A stretch of DNA of 61,448 nt from Candidatus Moraniibacteriota bacterium (GTDB lineage Bacteria; Patescibacteriota; Minisyncoccia; Moranbacterales; GCA-2747515): the NCBI GenBank assembly GCA_947311515.1, contig CAMZLB010000025.1, positions 1 through 61,448 on the forward strand. The letters run 5' to 3'. The notes under the pieces are model-generated. The model saw only the letters and a program-made list of their open reading frames with translations, was not told where the DNA came from and searched no databases. The position numbers and the translations under genes are program-made. Positions 25,768 to 35,800 of this stretch are shown in pieces (position 1 is the stretch's first letter; every line of letters begins with the position of its first letter).

Positions 25768-26142
25768 CTACGGACCTATAACTACATTTGATACGATATT
25801 TACAATTACCCATCCAAGTAATGCAATTATAAGTCCTATGATTGCATATATTATCCATTTCTTTGCTGTTTCTACTTTTCCTTCATCTCCTCCTGATGTT
25901 ATGTACATAATTCCAGCAATAAGTATGACAAGAACAGCCAAAGCAGCTAGAAATGTCAAAAAAAATGAAATAACCTGCCGTATAATACTAATCACCGTCC
26001 TTGTTCCTCCTTTATCATTATATTGTGCTACCGCAAGTCCTCCTTTATAATCAGCATTCAAAGATCCAGCTACTGCATACAAAGGATTTATCAAAAAAGC
26101 TATTGCAAGAGCGATAATAGCATTGTTTTTGATTGTATTCAT
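25768..26142 (-). CDS. TrbC/VirB2-like 'T4SS pilin' family protein (tandem paralog)
   Basis: GGAGGTG SD upstream of the ATG at 26142 (MNTIKNN...). Motif AGIMYITSGGDEGKVETAKKWIIYAIIGLIIALLGWVIVNIVS. Confidence 0.7.
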   Translation of the reverse strand: MNTIKNNAIIALAIAFLINPLYAVAGSLNADYKGGLAVAQYNDKGGTRTVISIIRQVISFFLTFLAALAVLVILIAGIMYITSGGDEGKVETAKKWIIYAIIGLIIALLGWVIVNIVSNVVIGP

Positions 26143-26209
26143 ACTATTCACACCTCCTCTCTTTTAATTTTTATAACTTGCATTCATTATACACGCTTTT
26201 GTGCAAAAT

Positions 26210-26240
26210 AAAAACTCTAGTCAATAAGTCTAGAGTTTTT
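26210..26240 (-). terminator. Intrinsic terminator between pilin paralogs (second copy)
   Basis: Perfect 11-bp stem AAAAACTCTAG / CTAGAGTTTTT with a 9-nt loop, inside the repeated intergenic block 26188..26353. Confidence 0.55.
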
Positions 26241-26345
26241 AGATATATTTTAAAAGCTATTTCAAATCCTACCTTTTTGTTGAAATATAATAATTTAACT
26301 AAAAGTAAGTATTTTCAAAAAACTATTAATAATATTTAACACTTA

Positions 26346-26720
26346 CTACGGACCACCTATAACTAGAGTTGATACGATATTTACAATTACCCATCCAAGT
26401 AGTGCAATTATAAGTCCTATGATTGCATACATTATCCAATTCTTTGCTGTCTCTACTTTTCCTTCATCTCCTCCTGATGTTATATACATAATTCCAGCAA
26501 CAAGTATGACAAGAACAGCCAAAGCAGCTAGAAATGTCAATAAAAATGTAATAATTTTCAAAATAATTGTAGGAATATCAGTATTTGTATTATCAGTATA
26601 TTTTACTTTATCTCTTCCTGTTTTAAATGTAGCATCTAGACCTGCTTGAGCACTAGCTAAGCTTGGAACTACTAGGATTGTAAACAACAATGCTAGGCTG
26701 GTATTTTTGATTATGTTCAT
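26346..26720 (-). CDS. TrbC/VirB2-like 'T4SS pilin' family protein (tandem paralog)
   Basis: GGAGGTG SD upstream of the ATG at 26720 (MNIIKNT...). The C-terminal half is almost identical to 25768..26142. Confidence 0.7.
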   Translation of the reverse strand: MNIIKNTSLALLFTILVVPSLASAQAGLDATFKTGRDKVKYTDNTNTDIPTIILKIITFLLTFLAALAVLVILVAGIMYITSGGDEGKVETAKNWIMYAIIGLIIALLGWVIVNIVSTLVIGGP

Positions 26721-27136
26721 TTTAGCATACACCTCCTCTCTTTTATTTTTTTAAATCTCATATTTATTGTATATCTTTTTTAAGAAATAGTCAACCACAT
26801 TTTTAATATATAGCAAATATATAACTAATCATATATTAGAATTCACCACGTTATTTGTATTTTTTTTAAGATAAAAATAACAATTAATTATTCTATTATA
26901 TTTCTATATGAGACTTAGCTATATTGTAATAATTTACAAATCTTATTATTTTTTTTATGATTTCTATTTTTAAATTCAGTTTTTTGTACTATATTTTTAA
27001 TAAAGTTCCAATAACTTACTCATTTTATCTGTAAATTCTTTTATGTATTTTTATAAATTTTTATTCAGTACTAGCGCCCCTATATTTTAAAGATAAACTG
27101 TAAATATTAACAAAAAAAATTAATAAACTAAATCTA

Positions 27137-27213
27137 ACATATATTCCCAAAGATCTTTGTTTGTATGGTTTTTGTAAGTTGTCTTTTTCTTAAGATTTGT
27201 AAAGACTCCTTAA
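27137..27213 (-). repeat. Truncated copy (M4) of the MITE-like family
   Basis: TTTGTTTGTATGGTTTTTGTAAGTTGTCTTTTTC...ACTCCTTAA aligns with the 48470..48556 half of M2, including the TCCTTAA terminus. Confidence 0.4.
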
Positions 27214-27245
27214 ACATTATTACCCTTTTATCTTTAAAACCTGTC

Positions 27246-27293
27246 AAAATCTATTGATTTTTACGAAATTTCCTTATTTTTAGACAGAAATTG
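27246..27293 (+). repeat. Family B intergenic repeat, second copy
   Basis: AAAATCTATTGATTTTTACGAAATTTCCTTATTTTTAGACAGAAATTG, compared with 11363..11408. Confidence 0.4.
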
Positions 27294-27532
27294 CAAAAAT
27301 TAAAGAAGAGTATTAAGATATTTTGACGAAATGAATTATTTCGTAGACAAATTACGGAAATTATGATTTTTGGAGCTTTACAGAAACTTCTCACTTATCA
27401 CAACTTCCACTGTATTTTATTGATTAACTCTTTTTCATATTCAAGAACCCTGCACACATAAATCATATTTCACTATACTTCTATAGCTAAGCTAATTTTA
27501 TACCTTTCTCCAATGTAGTACAAAAACCCGAT

Positions 27533-27560
27533 AAAAAACATTCCTTTCAGAATGTTTTTT
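27533..27560 (-). terminator. Intrinsic terminator after the DEAD-box helicase gene
   Basis: AAAAAACATTC-CTTTCA-GAATGTTTTTT symmetric hairpin, 28 nt downstream of the stop. Confidence 0.6.
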
Positions 27561-27587
27561 ATTTTGGATACGATTTTATAGAAAAAT

Positions 27588-28937
27588 TTATCTAGTTCTA
27601 CTTTTACTAAAATTCTTTTCTTGTTTTTTAGAAGAATTTTTATCATTGTACTTATCAAATTTTTTAAATTTTTTAGTTCTTTTTTTATCCAAATTTTTAT
27701 CAAAATTACTCTTTACAGCTTTATTTAAATTACCATTATTATTTTTTTTATATCCCTGAACAAAAGTTACGGCATTACCTGTACTTCCTGCTCTACCAGC
27801 TCTACCAATTCTGTGTACATAATCATCATAACTTTGAGGAGTTTCATAATTAATCACCAAAGCAACATCCTTAACATCGATTCCCCTAGCTGCAACATCA
27901 GTAGCTACTAATATATCTACCTTACCTCTTTTAAAATTAAGGAGAGCTTTCTGTCTTTGTCCTTGTGATTTTCCACCATGAATTGAATCTGCCTTAAATC
28001 CATCTTCACTTAATTCTTTACCAAGTCTATCTGCCTTATATTTCATCTCTTTAAAAATAAGTACTTTCTTATCTCTATTTTCATTCAGAATGTCATGTAA
28101 TTTTTCATATCTATCTTCTCTGGTTATATATTCCTGTATACTTTGATCAACATTTTCACTTGTATTTCCAGTTTTTACTGAAATTGTTTTGTAATTAGCA
28201 GAAAACTCATCTATTATTTTTTGAACTTTTTCATCCATTGTTGCAGAAAAGAAAAGTGATTGCCTATTCTTTGGTAATTTACTCAAAATTTCTTTCATAT
28301 CATTTACAAATCCCATATCAAGCATTCTATCAACTTCATCCAACACAACTGTATCAAACTTTTCAATTTTCAATTTTTTGTTTTCAATATGATCTTTTAT
28401 TCTACCAGGTGTTCCTATAACAATTTGCGGATATCTAGATAAATCCCTAAGTTGAGGACCCATCTTTACTCCACCTATAAGAATTGCCCACTTAATGCTA
28501 CTTCCTCTTAATAACAACTTACATTCTTCAAATATTTGTTGTGCTAATTCTCTAGTTGGAGCCATTATTATAGCCTTTGAATTTCTATTTAATAAAAGCT
28601 TATTTATAACGGGTATAGCAAAAGCAACTGTTTTACCAGTTCCTGTATTTGCTATCCCTAAAACATCTCCACCTTTCAGAGCTATTGGTATAGATTTATC
28701 TTGAATTGGTGATGGAACTATATATTCTCTTTTTTCAATATTTTTCTTAAGTAATGCAGTTATTTCAAAGTCACTAAACGTGTTTTCTGCTATATATTTA
28801 TCCTGCTTCTTTGGATCTGCTTTTTTTATAAACATTTTTGGATTTATAACCTCCTTTTTTGTTTTACGTTTTTTTGAAAAGTTTCCACCTCTTTTTTTGT
28901 TAAATGAAAACTTAGCTCTTTTTTGATTATATGTCAT
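27588..28937 (-). CDS. DEAD-box ATP-dependent RNA helicase with Lys-rich tails
   Basis: Motifs ANTGTGKT, PTRELA, DEVD, SAT and HRIGRAGRAG in canonical order. Confidence 0.9.
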   Translation of the reverse strand: MTYNQKRAKFSFNKKRGGNFSKKRKTKKEVINPKMFIKKADPKKQDKYIAENTFSDFEITALLKKNIEKREYIVPSPIQDKSIPIALKGGDVLGIANTGTGKTVAFAIPVINKLLLNRNSKAIIMAPTRELAQQIFEECKLLLRGSSIKWAILIGGVKMGPQLRDLSRYPQIVIGTPGRIKDHIENKKLKIEKFDTVVLDEVDRMLDMGFVNDMKEILSKLPKNRQSLFFSATMDEKVQKIIDEFSANYKTISVKTGNTSENVDQSIQEYITREDRYEKLHDILNENRDKKVLIFKEMKYKADRLGKELSEDGFKADSIHGGKSQGQRQKALLNFKRGKVDILVATDVAARGIDVKDVALVINYETPQSYDDYVHRIGRAGRAGSTGNAVTFVQGYKKNNNGNLNKAVKSNFDKNLDKKRTKKFKKFDKYNDKNSSKKQEKNFSKSRTR

Positions 28938-29178
28938 AATAAATTTAAATAATTGTTTTAGAAAAAAATTAAAAACAGAATTGAATCAAAGATTTACTAA
29001 AATCTGCTTAAAATTTTATTTTTTATTTTTCAATACTGATACTAACTCAAAACATAGCTAAAAAGTTATCCCTCAAATTATCACAGCTTTTCTTCATAAA
29101 ATATCTTAGTCAGTTGAAGTATTGAACTATAAAAATAAACATATAACCAAGATATTACCACGTATAGATAGATAAAGT

Positions 29179-29203
29179 AAAAAGCTGTGAAAAACAGCTT
29201 TTT
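29179..29203 (-). terminator. Hairpin terminator after rpoC
   Basis: Perfect 9-bp stem AAAAGCTGT-GAAAA-ACAGCTTTT, 20 nt downstream of the rpoC stop. Confidence 0.55.
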
Positions 29204-29223
29204 ACCGTTATTAAACTATCTTT

Positions 29224-32200
29224 CTACTTTCTCATTCCAGTACCCGCTGGAATCAATCTACCAATAATCACGTTTTCTTTCAGACCTCGCAATTTATCTT
29301 CTTTTCCTGTAACAGCCGCATCTATCAAAACTCTAGCTGTTTCTTGAAATGACGCTGCTGACAAAAATGACTCTGTCGAAAGAGCGACTTTTATAATACC
29401 AAGTATTAAATTTTTACCTTTCGCAACAGTCCCCTTTTCTTTTCTAGCAAGTTGATTTGCTTCAATGAAAGCATCTTTTTCTACTATATCGCCTGGAATA
29501 AGGTTAGTCGTTCCAGCATCAGAAACTCTAACACGTGAAAACATCTTCCTTATGATTATTTCTACATGTTTATCATCGATACCTTCACCCTGTGATGCGT
29601 AAATATCTTGAATTTCTTTAACTATATATCTATGAACTTCCTCTGGACCCATAATCTTTGCCATTTTTTTCAAATCAATATGACCCTCATTTAAACTTGA
29701 ACCTTTTGCAACCAAATCTCCTTTTACAACTTTTACAGAAGATCCAATAGGAACATTATATTCCTTAATAATCTTATTTTGATTTTCTTCCTCAATCTTG
29801 ATAGTTATAAGTTTACCTCTCTCATTTATAACATCAACTACCTTTCCATCGATTTCTGAAATAACTGACTCTCCTTTTGGAGGTCTCGCTTCAAATAACT
29901 CATCAACACGAGGCAAACCTTGTGTAATATCGGTACTAGCAACACCTCCAATATGGAAAGTACGCATAGTAAGCTGTGTACCCGGCTCTCCAATAGCTTG
30001 AGCAGCAATAACACCTACTGTCTGACCAATTCCAACGACTCCTCCTCGTCCCAAGTCAACTCCATAACACATCTGACATACTCCTCTAACGGTCTTACAG
30101 GTAACTAATGATCTTATCCTAACTGATTCAACCATAGATTTATTTATAGATAAGGATTGTTCTTTATTTATCAAATCACCAGCTACAGCAAGAACTTTCT
30201 TTGTCTTGGGATGCAAAACATCTTCTACAAGAACTCTTCCTTTGATTCTAGAAGCATAATCCCCACCAATTCTATCTGTATCTTCTCTATACAAAGATGC
30301 TCCTATTTTATCTCCGCAACTTCTATGTGTAATTATCACATCTTGAGCAACATCTACAAGCTTACGTGTAAGATAACCTGCAGAAGCTGTACGAAGTGCT
30401 GTATCAGCCATACCCTTTCTAGCTCCATGAGTAGAAATGAAATATTCTAGTACATTTAAACCTTCTTTGTATGAACTACGTACTGGAAGCTCTATAGTTG
30501 AACCTGTAGCTCCTGCCATAAGTCCTTTCATACCTGTCATCTGAACAACAACTGACTCACTGCCACGAGCCTTTGAATATACCATTGAATATACTGGACC
30601 CTCTTTATCCATGCTCTCTCTAACTTCTATAGTTATATCATCCTTTGCCTTATTCCATATTTCAATCGATTTATTCTTCCTCTCTTCTACTGTCAATAGA
30701 CCCATATTGAATTGCTTCCTAACTTCAGTCACCTTATTTTGTGCTTCTTCCATTATTTCGGCCTTTTTTTCAGGAACCTGCAAATCGTCCATACCCCAAC
30801 TAATTCCACTACGAGTAACACTCTTGAATGCAAGTTTTTTGATTCTATCAACAAAATTAGCAGTCTCTTCTTCACCTAATTCTCCAAGCATTGTTGCAAC
30901 AATCTCCTTAAGCTCTGATTTAACCATTTCTTTGTTCACATACCGCATCTCCTCAGGTAAAATATCATTAAATATTGCCCTACCTACAGATGTATCAATT
31001 ATTTCATCACCATACTTAAGCTTAATTTTAGCATTTACATCAATAAGTCCTGCTTCATATGAAAATATAACTTCATTAATATCTCCAAATATTCCTCCTT
31101 CTCCTTTTGCTCCTGACTTAATATGAGTTATATAATAAATACCAAGAACCATATCTAGAGAAGGATTTACAATTGGATCACCACTAGAAGGCTTCTTTAG
31201 ATTTTTTGTAGATAACATTAACTCCGCACACTCTTTTCTAGCTTCGTTAGTAAGAGGTACGTGTACTGCCATCTGATCACCATCAAAGTCAGCATTAAAA
31301 GCTGCACAAACCATAGGATGTAAATGTATCGCCTTACCCTCAACTAACACTGGACGAAATGCTTGAATTGACAATCTGTGAAGTGTAGGCGCCCTATTGA
31401 GCATTACATAATGATTTGGTATTATTTCATCCAATATTTCATATGCATTTTCATCTTCATTATCTACCATTTTTCCAGCAACACGCACATTATGAGCATA
31501 TTCTCTTTCAATAAGCTTGCTTATAATAAATGGCTTAAACAATTCAAGTCCCATTTTTTTAGGAATTCCTGCTTGGTGTAACTTTAGATGCGGGCCAATA
31601 ACAATAACACTTCGCCCCGAGTAATCCACTCGCTTTCCAAGTAAATTCTGTCTAAACCTACCCTGCTTTCCCTTTAAAGCATCTGCTAATGACCTTAACA
31701 CTCTTTTTTGTCCAGTACTTGATGATACTGCATCCTGACCTCTCCTAGATGAATTATCAAAAAGTGCATCCACTGCTTCTTGAAGCATTCTTTTTTCATT
31801 TCTAGCAATTACCTCAGGAGCGTTCAATTCAATCAATTTCTTAAGTCTATTATTTCTATTTATTATCCTGCGATATAAATCATTCAAATCAGAAGTGGCA
31901 AATCTTCCACCATCCAATGCAACCATAGGTCTCAAATCTGGTGGTATTACTGGTATAACAGTAGGTAACATCCATTCCATATCCATACCCACTTTCTTAA
32001 TACCTTTAAAAAACTTAAGCCTTTTGCTAAATTTCTTTTTTTCAAGCGTTTTTGTTGTCTCAATTAAGCTTTCTAGGTCAGCTATAGTTTTTTCAATATT
32101 TATATCCTTAAGTAAATCCCTAATAGACTCTGCTCCTATACCTGCTTCAAACACATGTCCAAACTTAGTGGATAAATTAAAATATTCCACCTCAGAAAGG

Positions 32201-32793
32201 ACTTTATACTTATAAATATTTTTAAGTTCATCTTTTGCATCACGAAACTGAGTCTTTAGCTTATCTAAATCTTTAGAATTTACATCAACTAATTCTTTTT
32301 GTTTTGATTTAAATTCTGCATTTAAATCTTTTTCAACCAATTCTTTTGCTTCATAATCTACTTCAGTTATAATATATGAAGAAAAATATACAACTTTTTC
32401 TAAGGCTTGAGGAGAAATGCCTAAAGCTAATCCTATCTTACTAGGAACACCTCTAAGAAACCAAATATGAGACACAGGAACTGCTAACTGAATATGTCCC
32501 ATACGATTTCTACGTACTGAGCTTGTTGTAACTTCAATTCCACATTTATCACAAGTTATACCTTTATATCTAATTCTTTTATACTTTCCACAATAACATT
32601 CCCAATCCTTTGAAGGACCAAAAATTCTCTCACAAAATAACCCGTCCATCTCAAATTTCTGTGTACGATAATTTATCGTTTCTGGCTTTGTTACTTCACC
32701 ACCTGACCATTCAATGATTGATTTTGGGCTAGCAACGCTCAACCGAACGCTATCAAAGTCATTAACTCTCAATGATTCCATTTCATTGTACAT
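29224..32793 (-). CDS. rpoC: DNA-directed RNA polymerase subunit beta'
   Basis: 1189 aa with the catalytic NADFDGDQM and a zinc-binding CYCGKYK...CDKCG region. Ends in TAG. Confidence 0.97.
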   Translation of the reverse strand: MYNEMESLRVNDFDSVRLSVASPKSIIEWSGGEVTKPETINYRTQKFEMDGLFCERIFGPSKDWECYCGKYKRIRYKGITCDKCGIEVTTSSVRRNRMGHIQLAVPVSHIWFLRGVPSKIGLALGISPQALEKVVYFSSYIITEVDYEAKELVEKDLNAEFKSKQKELVDVNSKDLDKLKTQFRDAKDELKNIYKYKVLSEVEYFNLSTKFGHVFEAGIGAESIRDLLKDINIEKTIADLESLIETTKTLEKKKFSKRLKFFKGIKKVGMDMEWMLPTVIPVIPPDLRPMVALDGGRFATSDLNDLYRRIINRNNRLKKLIELNAPEVIARNEKRMLQEAVDALFDNSSRRGQDAVSSSTGQKRVLRSLADALKGKQGRFRQNLLGKRVDYSGRSVIVIGPHLKLHQAGIPKKMGLELFKPFIISKLIEREYAHNVRVAGKMVDNEDENAYEILDEIIPNHYVMLNRAPTLHRLSIQAFRPVLVEGKAIHLHPMVCAAFNADFDGDQMAVHVPLTNEARKECAELMLSTKNLKKPSSGDPIVNPSLDMVLGIYYITHIKSGAKGEGGIFGDINEVIFSYEAGLIDVNAKIKLKYGDEIIDTSVGRAIFNDILPEEMRYVNKEMVKSELKEIVATMLGELGEEETANFVDRIKKLAFKSVTRSGISWGMDDLQVPEKKAEIMEEAQNKVTEVRKQFNMGLLTVEERKNKSIEIWNKAKDDITIEVRESMDKEGPVYSMVYSKARGSESVVVQMTGMKGLMAGATGSTIELPVRSSYKEGLNVLEYFISTHGARKGMADTALRTASAGYLTRKLVDVAQDVIITHRSCGDKIGASLYREDTDRIGGDYASRIKGRVLVEDVLHPKTKKVLAVAGDLINKEQSLSINKSMVESVRIRSLVTCKTVRGVCQMCYGVDLGRGGVVGIGQTVGVIAAQAIGEPGTQLTMRTFHIGGVASTDITQGLPRVDELFEARPPKGESVISEIDGKVVDVINERGKLITIKIEEENQNKIIKEYNVPIGSSVKVVKGDLVAKGSSLNEGHIDLKKMAKIMGPEEVHRYIVKEIQDIYASQGEGIDDKHVEIIIRKMFSRVRVSDAGTTNLIPGDIVEKDAFIEANQLARKEKGTVAKGKNLILGIIKVALSTESFLSAASFQETARVLIDAAVTGKEDKLRGLKENVIIGRLIPAGTGMRK

Positions 32794-32817
32794 ATGATTT
32801 ATGTCTTATATGATGAA

Positions 32818-35800
32818 TTATTTACTTTCTATTTCTTTTTCTAACTCGTCCATTTCTTTTGTTTCAACTATTTCTTTCGCCTCTTCAGTTTCTTTTTTGA
32901 TATCTTTAGTCATTTTTTTGATCTGTTTAGTTTCTTTTTTCTCATTTTCATAAGAATCAACCTCTTTCTGAACATTTTCTGATTTTTGAATATCATTGGA
33001 ATCATCTTCTTTATGAACATTTTCTGATTTTTGAATATCATTGGAATCATCATCACCTTCTACCAATTCTATATTTGCTATATCATTATCAATTCTTAGA
33101 CGTCCTTCCCCAACTAATTCTATATCTAAACAAAGACCTTTAAGCTCGTGCATAAGTACCCTGAATGATGCTGGAATATTTGGACTCTTTATTTCTCCTC
33201 CCTTAATTATTGCTTCATATGCCTTTGATCTACCAACAACATCATCTGATTTTATAGTAAGCATCTCTTGTAATACGTGTGCAGCTCCATAACCTTCAAG
33301 AGCCCATACTTCCATCTCTCCAAATCTCTGTCCACCAAATTGAGCCTTTCCGCCTAATGGCTGTTGAGTTATAAGTGAGTATGGTCCTATAGAACGCATG
33401 TGAAGTTTATCTGAAACTAAATGATGCAACTTCAGTATATACATTACACCTACAGTAGAATCATTATCGAATGCTTGTCCTGTTTTTCCATCTATTAACT
33501 GAATTTTACCACTTTCTGGTAATCCTGCTTTTTTCAATTCTTTCTTAATATCTTCTTCACTTACACCATCAAGTGCTGGAGATGCAGCTTTATAACCAAG
33601 TGTGAGTCCTGCCCATCCTAAATGAGTTTCTAGTATCTGACCAATATTCATACGAGATGCCACACCCAAAGGATTTAGTATAACATCTACCGGAGTACCA
33701 TCTGGAAGATATGGCATATCCTCAATAGGTGCAATTCTTGAAATCACTCCCTTATTTCCGTGACGACCTGCAAGCTTATCACCTACTGATATTCTCTTCA
33801 TCTTTGCTACTGAAACTTGAATTTGCTGTAACACACCTGTTTGCAACTTATCTCCCTGCTCCCTAGAAAAGATTTTTATATCGATTACTTTTCCTGGCTC
33901 TCCATGTTGTATATGCAATGATGCATCTTTTACATCTCTTGATTTTTCACCAAAAATCGCTCTAAGCAATCTCTCCTCTGGAGTAAGATCTGTCTCGCCT
34001 TTTGGCGTAATTTTTCCTACAAGAATATCTCCAGAACCTACCTCTGCTCCAATTCTTACTATACCTGTCTCATCTAAATTTTTAAGCTTATCTTCTCCCA
34101 CATTTGGAATATCCCTAGTAACAATTTCTGGACCAAGCTTTGTATCACGAACATCTACTGTAAAATTTTCTATGTGAATCGATGTATATTTATCGTCCTG
34201 AAGTATTCTTTCTGAAAGAATAATAGCATCCTCAAAATTGTAACCCTCCCAAGGAATGAATGCTACAAGCATATTTTGACCAAGTGCCAATTCACCATTT
34301 TGAGTACCTGAACCATCAGCCAATAATTGACCTTTATTTATTTTTTCACCCACTGAAACACGAGGTACTTGGTTCATAGCTGTAAATGCATTTGATCTTG
34401 TAAAGGTATGTAGTAAATATTCCCTTTTAAATTTCTTTTTAGTACCTTTTCTTGCTTCTTCTTCAACTATAATATGTCCACCATCAACCTCAATAACTGT
34501 CCCCGACTGACGAGCCATAACAGCTTGACCAGAATCAGCAGCTGCCTTATCCTCAATTCCAGTTCCAACAATTGGAGAATCTGGCTTTACGCACGAAACA
34601 GCTTGACGTTGCATATTTGAACCCATAAGCGCACGATTTGCATCATCATGTTCCAAAAATGGTATAAGAGAAGTAGCAATAGAAATAGCTTGCTTTGGAG
34701 ACACATCCATAAAATCAACCTTTGTTGCAAGAACCATATCAGGATGACCATGCATCCTAGCATCAACAAACTCATCAACTATATTCCTATTTTCATCTAA
34801 ATTTATTCCAGCATGTACTGAAATTTTTCTATCCTCTTCTGTTGCGCTCACATAAACAATCTCATCATCTATAAATGGTACTACAGATATAGTATCACTT
34901 TTTTCTTTTGCGATTTTTTTTGCATCTTCTTTTGATATGATGACTCTTTTTTTAACTCCAGCTAATTCTTCTTGAAGCATTCTACCCACCAACTCTTTTT
35001 CTTCATTTTTTACCTCCTGCTTAACTATAAAATATGGCGTTTCTAAAAATCCAAACTCATTAACAATCGCATAACTAGCTAAATGACCTACAAGACCAAT
35101 ATTTGGACCCTCAGGAGTCTCTACTGGACAAATTCTGCCATAGTGAGAATGATGAACATCACGAACCTCAAACCCAGCTCTTTCTCTAGTTAAACCACCT
35201 GGACCAAGAGCACTAAGTCGTCTTTTATGTTCAAGCTCTGCAAGTGGATTTATCTGATCCATGAATTGTGATAACTGTGAACTTGAAAAAAATTCCTTTA
35301 TAGATGCTGCAACTGGTCTTGAATTTATGATTTGACCAGGAACAACATTTTCCAAGTCACACGTACTCATTCTATCTTTAATATTTCTTCCCATTCTAGC
35401 AAAACCAACTCGTATTTTGTTTTGAATAAGCTCTCCTACTCCTCTAATTCTACGATTTCCTAAATGATCTATATCATCAGCCATTGCCTCTGGATCATCA
35501 CTCATTCTGATAAGTTCTTTTATTATCATAATAAAATCATCCATCGTAAGAACTCTATTTTCTGGAATATCATCTTTATCAACTTCTAGTCGCTGATTTA
35601 ACCTATACCTACCAACAGCGCCAAAATCATATCTATCAAAATTAAAGAACATTGTATCAATCATGCCCTTAGCATTATCTTCTGTTGCCAAGTCTCCTGG
35701 TCTTATTCTTTTATATATCTCAATATACGCTTCTCCTGCAGTTTTTGTAATATCTTTGTCCAACGTGTTTTGTATATAATCAACTTCATCTATTTTTGTC

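Noticed and set aside
24078-26649. Long antisense ORFs opposite the pilin genes (24078..24503, 25240..25761, 25838..26050, 26419..26649). Their recurring ...RFSSP.DVIYIIP... peptide makes them look conserved.
   Set aside because: The conservation simply mirrors the conserved YITSGGDE motif on the sense strand. The antisense ORFs lack SDs and signal or TM logic, and they run through terminators and intergenic repeats. The minus-strand genes have SDs, signal peptides and the family architecture.
29798-34778. Numerous 60-170-aa ORFs antisense to rpoC and rpoB (for example 30611..31126 and 31895..32215).
   Set aside because: They are embedded in highly conserved, uninterrupted RNA polymerase genes and have low-complexity, Ser/Ile/Leu-rich translations. 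These are typical antisense-frame artefacts.
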